Source: an uncultured Actinomycetes bacterium (GTDB taxonomy: Bacteria; Actinomycetota; Acidimicrobiia; IMCC26256; DASPTH01). Taken from it: a stretch of DNA of 64,000 nucleotides. The notes below the pieces were generated by a model. The model did no database searches. It saw nothing but the letters and a program-made list of their open reading frames with translations, and was not told the DNA's origin. Positions 38,821 to 47,657 of this stretch are shown here, piece by piece. Position 1 is the first letter of the stretch. Each line of letters begins with the position of its first letter. Location: positions 66,652 to 130,651 of the forward strand of contig CAWARX010000007.1 of assembly GCA_963784595.1 (NCBI GenBank), given 5' to 3'. The position numbers and the translations under genes were made by a program.

Positions 38821-39912
38821 GTGACCAGTGACGACGAACGCATCGCGCTCTTCCTCGACTACGAGAACCTCGCCATCGGAGCGCGAGAGCAGCTCGGGGG
38901 CTCGCTCGACTTCCGCCCCATCGCCGACGCGCTCGCCGAGCGGGGGCGCGTGGTCGTCCGGCGCGCGTACGCCGACTGGTCGTACTTCGAGGAAGACCGA
39001 CGCATGCTCACGCGCCACCAGGTCGAGCTCATCGAGATGCCGCAACGGATGGGCGCGGTGCGCAAGAACGCGGCCGACATCAAGATGGCAGTCGACGCGG
39101 TCGAGCTCTCCTTCGAACGTGACTACATCACCACCTTCGTGCTCGGCACCGGCGACAGCGACTTCACGCCGCTGGTGCACAAGTTGCGCGAGCTCAACCG
39201 CCGCGTGATCGGTATCGGGATCGAAGCGTCGACTTCGGCGCTGCTGCCCGCCGCGTGCGACGAGTTCCTGTTCTACGAGCGTCTCGAAGGCGTGGAGCCG
39301 GGCAAGCCGACCCGTCGCGGTTCCCGCCGCACGACGAGCAGGTCGACGCGGGCTGCCGCACCGACACCACCGCCCGACGAGGCGGAGCCGACGGTCGCCG
39401 CCGAGGAGCCCGACCTCGACGCGCTGCTCACCCGTACCCTCGCCGGCCTCGAGCGCAGCACGAGCGGGCCGGTGCTCGCCTCGATGCTCAAGCGCGCCAT
39501 CCTGCGCAAGGAGCCGACGTTCAGCGAGGCCAACTACGGCTTCCGCACGTTCGGCGAGCTCCTGCGCAACCTCGCCGATCGCAGCGTGATCGAGCTCATC
39601 CAGGGCAGCGCGCCGGGTGATCCCGAGGTCACGTTCCCCACGGCGGCCGGCGACGAGGACGCCGCCTTCGCGCTGTTGCGCTCGACGGTCGAGCGCCTCG
39701 CCGCGAAGGCCCCGCCGCATCTCTCGGGGCTCAAGACCCAGGTGCGCAAGACCCAACCGGAGTTCAGCGAGAAGCGCTTCGGCTACGGAGGCTTCCTCCA
39801 GTTCGTGAAGGCCGCCCGGGCCCGCGGCTTCGTGGAGATGGAGCCGGATCCCGATGCCGACGACTACGTCGTGCGCCCCGGTCCCACGGCTCCCACTCCT
39901 CCGGCGGGGTGA
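38821..39912 (+). CDS. NYN (LabA/PIN-like) domain protein with two OST-HTH/LOTUS-like domains
   Basis: Read from the GTG at 38821 in ORF 38314..39912. The NYN core is IALFLDYENL ... GTGDSDFTPLVHKLRELNRRVIGIG. A Pro/Arg/Thr linker follows, then two repeats of a LOTUS-like unit (SMLKRAILRKEPTFSEANYGFRTFGELLR; LKTQVRKTQPEFSEKRFGYGGFLQFVK). Confidence 0.75.
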   Translation: MTSDDERIALFLDYENLAIGAREQLGGSLDFRPIADALAERGRVVVRRAYADWSYFEEDRRMLTRHQVELIEMPQRMGAVRKNAADIKMAVDAVELSFERDYITTFVLGTGDSDFTPLVHKLRELNRRVIGIGIEASTSALLPAACDEFLFYERLEGVEPGKPTRRGSRRTTSRSTRAAAPTPPPDEAEPTVAAEEPDLDALLTRTLAGLERSTSGPVLASMLKRAILRKEPTFSEANYGFRTFGELLRNLADRSVIELIQGSAPGDPEVTFPTAAGDEDAAFALLRSTVERLAAKAPPHLSGLKTQVRKTQPEFSEKRFGYGGFLQFVKAARARGFVEMEPDPDADDYVVRPGPTAPTPPAG

Positions 39913-39938
39913 ACGCGCGGGTGTGACATGCTGCTCCG

Positions 39939-40877
39939 ATGCGCATCGGAGTGTTCATCGCCGACGTCAGCGGCGCGCAGACCCGGATCGACGAGCTCCT
40001 CGCCAACGCCCAGACGGCCGAGCGGCTCGGGTTCTCGACCGGATGGGTCCCGCACATCCCGTGGAGTCTCGACGGCCTGACCGCGTTGGCGCTCGCCGGG
40101 CAGGTCACCAGCCGGATCGAGCTGGGCACCGCGGTCATGCCGACCTACCCCCGCCACCCGCTGGCCATGGCGCAGCAGGCCATGTCGACCCAGGCGGCGA
40201 CGGGCGGCCGGCTGGTGCTCGGCATCGGCCCGTCGCATCCCGTCGTCATCGAACGCATGCACGGACTCGCCTACGAACGACCGGCGCGCCACACCCGCGA
40301 GTACGTGGAGGTGCTGCGGGCGGCGTTCGCCGGCACCGGACAGGTGGAGCACCAGGGCGAGTTCTTCGACTTCTCCTCGATGCTGGTCGTCCCCGGCTCC
40401 ACGCCCGCACCAATCATGGTCGCCGCCCTCGCGCCGCGCATGCTGGAACTGGCCGGGGAGCTCGCCGACGGCACGATCACCTACTGGGCCAACGAACGGG
40501 CGGTCGGGGAGCACATCGTGCCCGGCATCGTCGCCGGGGCGGAGTCGGCCGGTCGTCCGTCGCCCCGCGTCGTGGTGGGTCTGCCCGTGGCGGTGTGCGA
40601 CGACGCCGACGCCGGCCGCGAGCAGGCGGCCAAGCTGTTCGCGGCCTATCTCGACATCCCCACGTACCAACGGGTACTGGCCCGCGGGGGCGACGGCACG
40701 CAGCCCGCCGACGTCGCCGTCATCGGCACCGAGACCGAGGTCGCGGACCGGCTGCGGGCCTACGCCGCCGCCGGGGCCACGGACCTGTGCGCCGCGCCGC
40801 TCGGTCTCGGCGGTGATCGCGACCGCGCACACCGCCGCACGATCGAGTTCCTGGCGTCGCTCGGCCCGGACTTCTGA
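39939..40877 (+). CDS. LLM-class F420-dependent oxidoreductase
   Basis: Intact 312-aa ORF with LLM features (GRLVLGIGPSH, ALAPRMLELAGELADG). Confidence 0.8.
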   Translation: MRIGVFIADVSGAQTRIDELLANAQTAERLGFSTGWVPHIPWSLDGLTALALAGQVTSRIELGTAVMPTYPRHPLAMAQQAMSTQAATGGRLVLGIGPSHPVVIERMHGLAYERPARHTREYVEVLRAAFAGTGQVEHQGEFFDFSSMLVVPGSTPAPIMVAALAPRMLELAGELADGTITYWANERAVGEHIVPGIVAGAESAGRPSPRVVVGLPVAVCDDADAGREQAAKLFAAYLDIPTYQRVLARGGDGTQPADVAVIGTETEVADRLRAYAAAGATDLCAAPLGLGGDRDRAHRRTIEFLASLGPDF

Positions 40878-40912
40878 CCACCCGTCCCCGCTCCACCAAC
40901 CCGGAGGATCCC

Positions 40913-41692
40913 ATGACCAAGGCGGTGCGACTCGAGTACGACGGACCGGTCGCCGTCATCACGAACGACAACGTCGAGAAGCACAACGCGTTCGACGACG
41001 ACATGGACCTTCAGCTGTTCGCCGCGCTCGCCGAGTTGAAGGAACGCCCTGACGTGCGGGCCGTGATCTGGCGCGGTGAGGGGAAGTCGTTCTCGTCGGG
41101 TCGTGACGTGTCGGCGATCGGCGGCGAACAGGTCGAGCTCACGCATCACGAGCTGATGCGTCGCGGTCACCGCGGCATCCTGCAGCTGTTCGACATCGAC
41201 GCGCCGGTGATCGTGGCGATGCAGGGTTGGTCGATCGGAGCATCGTTCCAGCGAGCGTTGCTGTGCGACATCCGGGTCGCGGCCGAAGGCGCCCGGTTCA
41301 TGTTGCCGGAGGTGAACCACGGGGTGATCCCCGACACCGGCGGGGTGGGGCGTCTCTTCCAGATCTGCGGTCACGGCGTGGCCTCCGACCTGGTGCTCAC
41401 CGGCCGGCCGATGGGCGCCGACGAGGCCTATGCCCACGGCATCGTCACGCGTGTGGTCGCGCCCGACGCGCTCGACGACACCGTCACCGAGATGGCACAG
41501 AAGATCGCGGCCGCGCCCGCGGTGACCGTGAAGATGGCCCGGCGGGTGCTGCGACACCTCTCCGAGGCCGAGGTCCGGTCGTCGATGGCCGAGGAGCTGA
41601 TCGCCCAGACGTTCATCGCGAAGTCCGACGACATGGCGGAGCTGCGCGCCGCCCGTGCCGAGGACCGCACGCCTCACTACACCGGGAGCTGA
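40913..41692 (+). CDS. Enoyl-CoA hydratase/isomerase (crotonase family)
   Basis: 259-aa ORF with an oxyanion-hole region (KSFSSGRDV, AMQGWSIGASF) and the catalytic-region motif PEVNHGVIPDTGG. Confidence 0.85.
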   Translation: MTKAVRLEYDGPVAVITNDNVEKHNAFDDDMDLQLFAALAELKERPDVRAVIWRGEGKSFSSGRDVSAIGGEQVELTHHELMRRGHRGILQLFDIDAPVIVAMQGWSIGASFQRALLCDIRVAAEGARFMLPEVNHGVIPDTGGVGRLFQICGHGVASDLVLTGRPMGADEAYAHGIVTRVVAPDALDDTVTEMAQKIAAAPAVTVKMARRVLRHLSEAEVRSSMAEELIAQTFIAKSDDMAELRAARAEDRTPHYTGS

Positions 41693-41694
41693 GC

Positions 41695-42585
41695 ATGCCT
41701 GCCACATCCGAACTGCCGGGGTTGCCCGGACCGCCCCCATCGGGGACGAGCGCGTTGCCCGAGGGAACCTTCTCCGGCCAGTCGGTGTTCGTGACCGGCG
41801 CCGGGACCGGGCTGGGCAAGGCCATCGCGCTCGAGTTCGCCCGCCTCGGCGCCGCGATCGTGATCGCCAGCCGCAAGCCCGAGCACCTCGAGGCCGGCCA
41901 CGAGGCGGTCGCCGCGCTGGGTGCCGCGGTCACCACGGTGGGTTGCGACATCCGCGACCCCGAGCAGATCGCCGCAGCGTTCGACGCCGCCGTCGGGGCC
42001 GACGGACTCCCGCAGATCCTGATCAACAACGCGGCGGCCAACTTTCCGGTGCCGGCCGAGGACATGTCGCCCAACGCGTGGCGCACCGTCGTCGACATCA
42101 CGCTCAACGGCACGTTCTTCTGCGCCCGCGAGTTCGCGAGGCGACACCTCGAGGCGGGCACGCCGGGGTCGATCGTCAACGTCGGTGCCTCGTACGCGTG
42201 GACGGGTGGTCCCGGCTTCGCCCACAGCGCGGCGGCGAAGGCTGGCGTCAAGAACATGGTCGAGACGCTCGCGGTGGAGTGGGCGCCGTACGGGATCCAG
42301 GTGAACGGCCTCGTGCCAGGGCTGTTTCCGCACGAGGACATGACCGCCGACATCAAGGGCAACCTCGACCGCACCCGCGAGAAGGACCTCGCGCAACCCG
42401 CGCTGCGCGTCGGCCAGTTGCGTGAGCTGGGCTGGGCGGCGACGTTCCTCGCGTCGCCCTACGCGCGCTTCATCTCCGGGCACACGCTGGTGGTCGACGG
42501 CGCCAACTGGCAACGCCGCACGCTGACCAACCCCCCGGTCGTCACCGTGCGCGATCAGATGGGGAAGGGCGCGTTCGGGACCTGA
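41695..42585 (+). CDS. SDR, 2,4-dienoyl-CoA reductase-like
   Basis: Read from the ATG at 41695 in ORF 41227..42585. It has VTGAGTGLGKAIA, NNAAANF and HSAAAKAGV. Confidence 0.8.
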   Translation: MPATSELPGLPGPPPSGTSALPEGTFSGQSVFVTGAGTGLGKAIALEFARLGAAIVIASRKPEHLEAGHEAVAALGAAVTTVGCDIRDPEQIAAAFDAAVGADGLPQILINNAAANFPVPAEDMSPNAWRTVVDITLNGTFFCAREFARRHLEAGTPGSIVNVGASYAWTGGPGFAHSAAAKAGVKNMVETLAVEWAPYGIQVNGLVPGLFPHEDMTADIKGNLDRTREKDLAQPALRVGQLRELGWAATFLASPYARFISGHTLVVDGANWQRRTLTNPPVVTVRDQMGKGAFGT

Positions 42586-42589
42586 TCAC

Positions 42590-43420
42590 ATGATCGTCGA
42601 CACGCACGTGCACGTCGTCGCCGCCGACCAGGCGCGCTACCCCCTGCGCCCGTCCGGAATCGGGTCGCAATGGTTCCGGGAGCACCCGGTCACCGCCGAG
42701 GAGTACGCGCCGACCGCCGCCGCCGCCGGAGTCGACCGCGCCGTGCTCGTGCAGGCGTTCGGCGCGTACGGGACGGACAACAGCTACGTGGTCGACGCGG
42801 TCAGCGCGGAACCCGAGCGGTTCGTGAGCGTCGGCATCGTCGATCCGGAGGATCGCGACGCGCCGGCCGCGCTCCGGGCCCTCGCCGCCCGACCCGGCTT
42901 CGCCGGGGTCCGGCTGTTCGCGATCGGCGCGTCGCCTCCCACCTGGCTCGACGATCCGGCCACGGACGCGCTCTGGGGCGTCGCCCGCGAGCTCGACCTG
43001 CGCGTCGTGGTGGCCCTGCTCGCACCCGAGCTCCCGCGGCTGGAGCGGCGCCTGCAGCAGTTCCCCGACCAGCCGGTGGTGCTCGACCACTGCGGGTTCC
43101 CCGATCTGCACGGTGGGCCTCCCTATCCCTCTGCCGCCGGGCTGTTCGCGCTGGCCGGGTTCGGGAACCTCCACCTGAAGATCACGTCGCACGTCCTCGA
43201 GGATGCCGGTGCCGACGGGCCGACGCTGACGGCGATGCTGGTGGAGGCCTTCGGTGCCGAGCGTGTGGTCTGGGGTTCCGACTACCCCCAGACCCACGAC
43301 CGGACCTACGCGGACCTCGTCGAACTCGGCCGAGCCTCGTGCGTGCGGCTCTCGGGCGGCGATCGCGAGTTGGTGATGGGTGGGAACGCGTTGCGCCTCT
43401 GGCCCGCGCTCGACCACTGA
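42590..43420 (+). CDS. Amidohydrolase (TIM-barrel metal-dependent hydrolase, amidohydrolase-2 type)
   Basis: 276-aa ORF with MIVDTHVHVV and WGSDYPQTH. Confidence 0.8.
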   Translation: MIVDTHVHVVAADQARYPLRPSGIGSQWFREHPVTAEEYAPTAAAAGVDRAVLVQAFGAYGTDNSYVVDAVSAEPERFVSVGIVDPEDRDAPAALRALAARPGFAGVRLFAIGASPPTWLDDPATDALWGVARELDLRVVVALLAPELPRLERRLQQFPDQPVVLDHCGFPDLHGGPPYPSAAGLFALAGFGNLHLKITSHVLEDAGADGPTLTAMLVEAFGAERVVWGSDYPQTHDRTYADLVELGRASCVRLSGGDRELVMGGNALRLWPALDH

Positions 43421-43484
43421 CGGAACTCCGCCGGCTCACGCGACTCTCACAACCGTCTCATCCTGACGCGCCGATCATCGGGTC

Positions 43485-44337
43485 ATGATGCACGCACCAG
43501 CACCCGCGGAGATCCCCGACACGGTTCCCGGTGATGGCTCGTCGAGCCCGCACCTCTGGGCGGTTCCGGCGACCGGCACGACGCTCGTCGTGCTCCCGAC
43601 CTACGACGAACGCGAGAACATCGAATCCGTCCTGCGCCGGGTGCGCGCGGCGGTGCCGCTCGCGCACGTGCTCGTGGTCGACGACGCCAGCCCCGACGGC
43701 ACCGCGGAGCTGGCCGACGCCCTCGCGCGTGAGCTGGGCGGCATCTCGGTGCTGCGACGCCCCGGCCCCGGGGGTCTGGGATCGGCGTACCGCGACGGCT
43801 TCCGGTGGGGCCTGGAACGCGGCTACGACGTGATGGTCGAGATGGACGCCGACTTGTCGCACGACCCCGCGGTGCTGCCGGTCCTGCTGCGGAGGATCGA
43901 TGCGGGCGCCGACCTCGTCATCGGGTCGCGCTACGTGCCGGGCGGGGTCTCGGCGGACTGGTCGTTCGCGCGCCGGGCGATCTCCCGGATCGGCTGCCGG
44001 TACGCGCAGGTCATGCTGCGGCTGCCGACCGCGCGACGCCACCTCCGGGTACCGCGCGTACCGCGCGGCCGCGCTCCGGTCCGTCGATCTGGACACGTTG
44101 CGGGCCAACGGCTACGGGTTCCAGGTCGAGATGGCCTACCGGGTCCTACGGGTCGGCGGTGCCATCGAAGAGGTGCCCATCGAGTTCCGCGACCGCACCG
44201 CCGGCACGTCGAAGATGTCGCTTCGGATCGTCATCGAGGCGCTGGTGCTGGTGACGAAGTGGGGTGTCGCGCGATCGGCTGCTCGCTACCGGCCGCGTTC
44301 CAGTGCGGCGCCGAACATCGCGATCATCCGCCGATAG
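43485..44337 (+). pseudogene. ppm1: Polyprenol-phosphate mannosyltransferase-like GT2 (Ppm1/DPM1-like), frameshifted
   Basis: The N-terminal part is in ORF 43485.. (VVLPTYDERENI, VVDDASPDGT, EMDADLSHDP) and the continuation is in ORF 43900..44337 (RDATSGYRAYR, GYGFQVEM, IEFRDRTAGTSKMS). The join lies near 44031. The 3' end is uncertain and overlaps the TetR gene. Confidence 0.75.
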
Positions 44338-44849
44338 CTCTCCCGGGTCGATGCCGGCCGCTTGAGCACGCCCGCGTGCTCCAGCGTGATGTAGCCGTGG
44401 ATGCCCGACCACACCGCCCGGTGGGCGTGCACCTCGGCCGTGCCCTCCAGGCCGAATGACTGGAGCACGCGGATCAGCGCCTCGGCGGCCGAGAGGTTGG
44501 CGGCGGTGAGCTCCGCGTCGTCGCCGGGGTCGCGGATGGTCGCGGCGTAGAGCCCGGGGTGTCGCCGGGCGAACGACCAGTACGCGTCGGCGATCGCGTC
44601 GAGCGCGTCGCGCCCGGCGCGACCGATCACCGATGCCCGCAGCTCGTCGCCGAGCAGCTGCACCGAGTGGAGGGCGAGGTCCCGGAGGAGGCCGTCGAGG
44701 CCGTCGACGTGCGCGTAGAGCGACTGGCTGCGGATGCCGAGCCGTGCGGCGAGCGCCGCGAGCGTCAGGGTGTCGACGCCGTGCTCGTCGGCGAGCTCGG
44801 CCGCCGCCCGGATGACCGCTTCGTGATCCAACCCGACCGGGGTCGCCAT
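44286..44849 (-). CDS. TetR family transcriptional regulator
   Basis: 187-aa ORF with an N-terminal HTH (LTLAALAARLGIRSQSLYAHV). Confidence 0.85.
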   Translation of the reverse strand: MATPVGLDHEAVIRAAAELADEHGVDTLTLAALAARLGIRSQSLYAHVDGLDGLLRDLALHSVQLLGDELRASVIGRAGRDALDAIADAYWSFARRHPGLYAATIRDPGDDAELTAANLSAAEALIRVLQSFGLEGTAEVHAHRAVWSGIHGYITLEHAGVLKRPASTRESYRRMIAMFGAALERGR

Positions 44850-44892
44850 GGCGGGGCCTTTCGGGGTGACGTCGTCCGGATTGACAGTCTGA

Positions 44893-44922
44893 GGCCATCA
44901 GAAATATACCTTGGGCCATCAG
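44893..44922. promoter_or_regulatory. Candidate TetR operator/promoter: 9-bp direct repeat flanking a -10-like hexamer
   Basis: ggccatcag occurs at 44893-44901 and again at 44914-44922, 21 bp apart. On the minus strand this reads CTGATGGCC-caagg-TATATT-t-CTGATGGCC, about 45-70 nt upstream of the TetR ATG at 44849. Confidence 0.4.
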
Positions 44923-45029
44923 TGCGCCCGCCGCGTCCGAATCGTCGTCCCGGGGCTTCGTCGTCGGGCTCGGCTACGCCACCGCGTGAGGCTTCGCGCC
45001 GAAGGCTCTTGCTCGTCCCTCCCCGCATC

Positions 45030-45227
45030 TCATGGCAGGTGCGACCTCGGAGGCGGATAGACGGTCCGTGCGATCGTCGCCGACAGCCAGCCGATCGCCC
45101 ATCCGCCGAAGACCAGCAAGATGGTGTGCAACGTATCCGCGCTGGCGGCGATCGCGACGACGGCCAAGATGACGGCCCAGACGATCGCGCAACCGATGCT
45201 GTAGGCCGTGTAGCTCCTGGACTTCAT
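45030..45227 (-). CDS. Small hypothetical membrane protein (65 aa, 2 TM)
   Basis: ORF 45030..45227 has high GC3 and two hydrophobic helices (IGCAIVWAVILAVVAIAA; ILLVFGGWAIGWLSATIA). Confidence 0.5.
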   Translation of the reverse strand: MKSRSYTAYSIGCAIVWAVILAVVAIAASADTLHTILLVFGGWAIGWLSATIARTVYPPPRSHLP

Positions 45228-45266
45228 TCCTCGAGCGTACGTTCGCGTTCGAGCACCACGTGCGCG

Positions 45267-45647
45267 CTACACCTCGCTGACGAGCTCGATGTTGTTGCCG
45301 TCGGGATCGAAGAGGTCGACCGAGTGACCAGAGGGGTTCGGTTTGATGCCCTCGTGAGCGATGCCGATGGCCGCGAGATGGTCCGCCCAGGCGTTGAGGG
45401 TGGCAAGGTCCGAGACCGTGAAGGCGACGTGGTTGAGCGCGCCGGGGTTGTCCGGCCGGCCACCGGCGAACAACGCCACCCGGAATCCGCTGGCCGAGCG
45501 CATCCCGACGAAACGACCCGTGGGCTCCCGACGGACCTCCTCCAGGCCGAGCGCGTCCGTGTACCAGGCCACGCTGGCGTCGAGGTCGGACACGTTCAGC
45601 ACGAGATGGGAGACGCCGGTGATCGGAGACGTGTCGGAGGTGGCCAT
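45267..45647 (-). CDS. VOC/glyoxalase family protein
   Basis: Read from the internal ATG (MATSDTSPITGVSHLVLNVSDLDASVAWY) of ORF 45267..45803, 126 aa. It has the typical VOC beta-alpha-beta-beta-beta pattern and HVAF. Confidence 0.75.
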   Translation of the reverse strand: MATSDTSPITGVSHLVLNVSDLDASVAWYTDALGLEEVRREPTGRFVGMRSASGFRVALFAGGRPDNPGALNHVAFTVSDLATLNAWADHLAAIGIAHEGIKPNPSGHSVDLFDPDGNNIELVSEV

Positions 45648-45693
45648 GGCCCGAATATAAGCACGCTGGCTCGCCGGGGCCGGCGGGGCGGCG

Positions 45694-46446
45694 CTACGAG
45701 ACGACGTCGGCCCGTGCGGCGATGATCGCGCGCAGGCGTGACTCGACCTCCGGGACGTGGTGGTTGTCGGTGAACACGTACGCGCGGCCGTGACGCATTG
45801 CATCGACGACGTTGGCCGCCACCTGCTCGGGTCCCACCGTCCCGAACGGGTTGAGCGCGGTCTTGATCATGCCGGGCATCACCGCGCTCACGCCGACGGG
45901 TGCTTCGATCGCCGCGAGCTCGGCGCGTAAGCCGTCCGAGATCCCGAGCACCGCGTGCTTCGATGCGGTGTAGGGCCCGATGCCCGGGATCGCGGTGACC
46001 GCCGCCATCGAGGCGGTGTTCACCACGTAGCCGGGCTCGCCCGACGCGAGGATGCGGGGCACGAACGCGCGGATCCCGTGGATCACGCCCCACAGGTCGA
46101 CGTCGATCACCCGGCGCCATTCGGAGAGCGGCAACTCCCAGGAATTACCCTGCACGACGATGCCGGCGTTGTTGACCGCGACGTGCAGCTTCCCGAACTG
46201 CTCGACCGCGGCGTCGGCTGCGCGTTCGACCGCGTCGGGATCGGTCACGTCGACCACCTGCGCCCGGACCTCGGCGCCGCCGTCGGCGAGACGCTCGGAG
46301 TGCGACGCGAGCCGTGCCTCGTCGAGGTCGGTCATCAGCACACGCATCCCCGCGGCGACGAACGCCTCGGTGACCGCGAGACCGATCCCGCTCGCCGCGC
46401 CCGTCACGACGGCCGCGCGGCCCTCCAGTTCAGCCAGTCCGGCCAT
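45694..46446 (-). CDS. Short-chain dehydrogenase/reductase (SDR)
   Basis: Read from the internal ATG of ORF 45694..46545. It has VTGAASGIGLA, NNAG and YTASKHAV. Confidence 0.85.
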   Translation of the reverse strand: MAGLAELEGRAAVVTGAASGIGLAVTEAFVAAGMRVLMTDLDEARLASHSERLADGGAEVRAQVVDVTDPDAVERAADAAVEQFGKLHVAVNNAGIVVQGNSWELPLSEWRRVIDVDLWGVIHGIRAFVPRILASGEPGYVVNTASMAAVTAIPGIGPYTASKHAVLGISDGLRAELAAIEAPVGVSAVMPGMIKTALNPFGTVGPEQVAANVVDAMRHGRAYVFTDNHHVPEVESRLRAIIAARADVVS

Positions 46447-46583
46447 CACCCGTTCCTCCTCAGTGTCAGCACCGAGTCCGGTGCGTTCCCGCTTGCCCAC
46501 CCCCGTGTGCGCCGATGTCACCTGAGCGCCGGGATCGATCGGCATCAGTTCGGCGTGAGCTTCAGAACCATCCTGCGGTCACG

Positions 46584-46611
46584 AGACGGTAGTCGAGGTC
46601 GACTTCCGTCT
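46584..46611 (-). terminator. Imperfect 13-bp hairpin downstream of the DUF2157-like gene (weak terminator candidate)
   Basis: The sequence agacggtagtcga-gg-tcgacttccgtct has one mismatch. It lies 60 nt past the stop at 46671 on the minus strand and has no U-tract. Confidence 0.25.
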
Positions 46612-46670
46612 GTCGAGGAGCGCCATGCTCGAGCCGCCCGTCGCGACGGCCCTGGTCGAGCGCGACTTGG

Positions 46671-47657
46671 TCACGGGTGGGTGATTGAACGGAAGTGCCC
46701 ACCCCACACACCCCCGGCCGCGCCGCGTCGGCCCCGGCCCCGGCGCACCAGCAACACGACGACTCCGAGCAGCAGCGCGCCCGAGAGCATCACGATCGCC
46801 GGCGCACCGAGCGTCTCGCCGAAGAAGTACCCCAGCGCCCACGGCAGGAACACGAACACCCCGACCACGCCAGGGGCGAGCGCGAACGGCTCGCCTGCCG
46901 CGATCCCGACACCTACCCATGCCGCCGCGGTCAGGAGCCCGAGGACCGGCGCGAGCCACTCGACCTGTCCTCCGACGATGCCCGAAGCGATCATGGTCAA
47001 CACGGCTCCGAGCGGGAACCCGACGATCGCCGGCGGGACCCGACGCTGCCACGCGAGCCACGCCCACGCCGCTCCGAGCAACCACAGGGCGAGGCCCACG
47101 AACGCCGACACGTTGCCTGCTCCGGCCCAGGCGATCGCGACGCAGATCGACACTGCGAGCCCGATGAACACGAGCACGTGCTGGAGGGGACGGTCCCGCA
47201 GCTGCCAGTAGGCGCTCGAGAGCACCGCGGTCGTGCCCGCCGCCGCGAGCGCGACCGGTTCGCCGCTCGCACCGACGATCTCGAACACGAAAAGGCCAGC
47301 GACCGCTCCGGCACCCACCGCCGAGAGCGCCCACAAGAACCCACGCAGCCGCCACGCCGCCGGGTCGGTCTCGCCGACCACCGCTCCGACCGCACCAGTC
47401 ACAACCGCAGCCACAGCCACCACACCGACCCGGCCGCCGGCGCCCAAGCGGTCCCAGAACTGGCTGACGAGCATGCCGGCACCCACGCTGAGGAGCACAC
47501 CCCCGACGTACGCGAGCGCCTCGATCGCCGGCGAGACGCGGGACCGGCCCCGCTCCGGGACCTGCGCCTGCTCGAAGGCGGTGACCGCCTGCGCCTGGTC
47601 CTCGCTGATCAGCCCGGCGTCCACCCACCGTTGCAGACTGCCGCGACGCACCGTCAC
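46671..47657 (-). CDS. DUF2157-like polytopic membrane protein
   Basis: This is the last ~328 codons of ORF 46671..48302. The soluble N-terminal segment (LQRWVDAGLISEDQAQAV) is followed by about 10 hydrophobic segments. The start is uncertain (GTG at 47657 or 47651). Upstream in-frame codons lose the GC3 signal. Confidence 0.6.
   Translation of the reverse strand: MTVRRGSLQRWVDAGLISEDQAQAVTAFEQAQVPERGRSRVSPAIEALAYVGGVLLSVGAGMLVSQFWDRLGAGGRVGVVAVAAVVTGAVGAVVGETDPAAWRLRGFLWALSAVGAGAVAGLFVFEIVGASGEPVALAAAGTTAVLSSAYWQLRDRPLQHVLVFIGLAVSICVAIAWAGAGNVSAFVGLALWLLGAAWAWLAWQRRVPPAIVGFPLGAVLTMIASGIVGGQVEWLAPVLGLLTAAAWVGVGIAAGEPFALAPGVVGVFVFLPWALGYFFGETLGAPAIVMLSGALLLGVVVLLVRRGRGRRGAAGGVWGGHFRSITHP

Noticed and set aside
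44881-44910. A plus-strand sigma-70-like promoter: a perfect TTGACA, 18 bp, then TATACC.
   Set aside because: No plus-strand gene or convincing small ORF follows; the next genes are all on the minus strand. The same DNA is better explained as the TetR promoter/operator on the other strand. An antisense transcript cannot be excluded.
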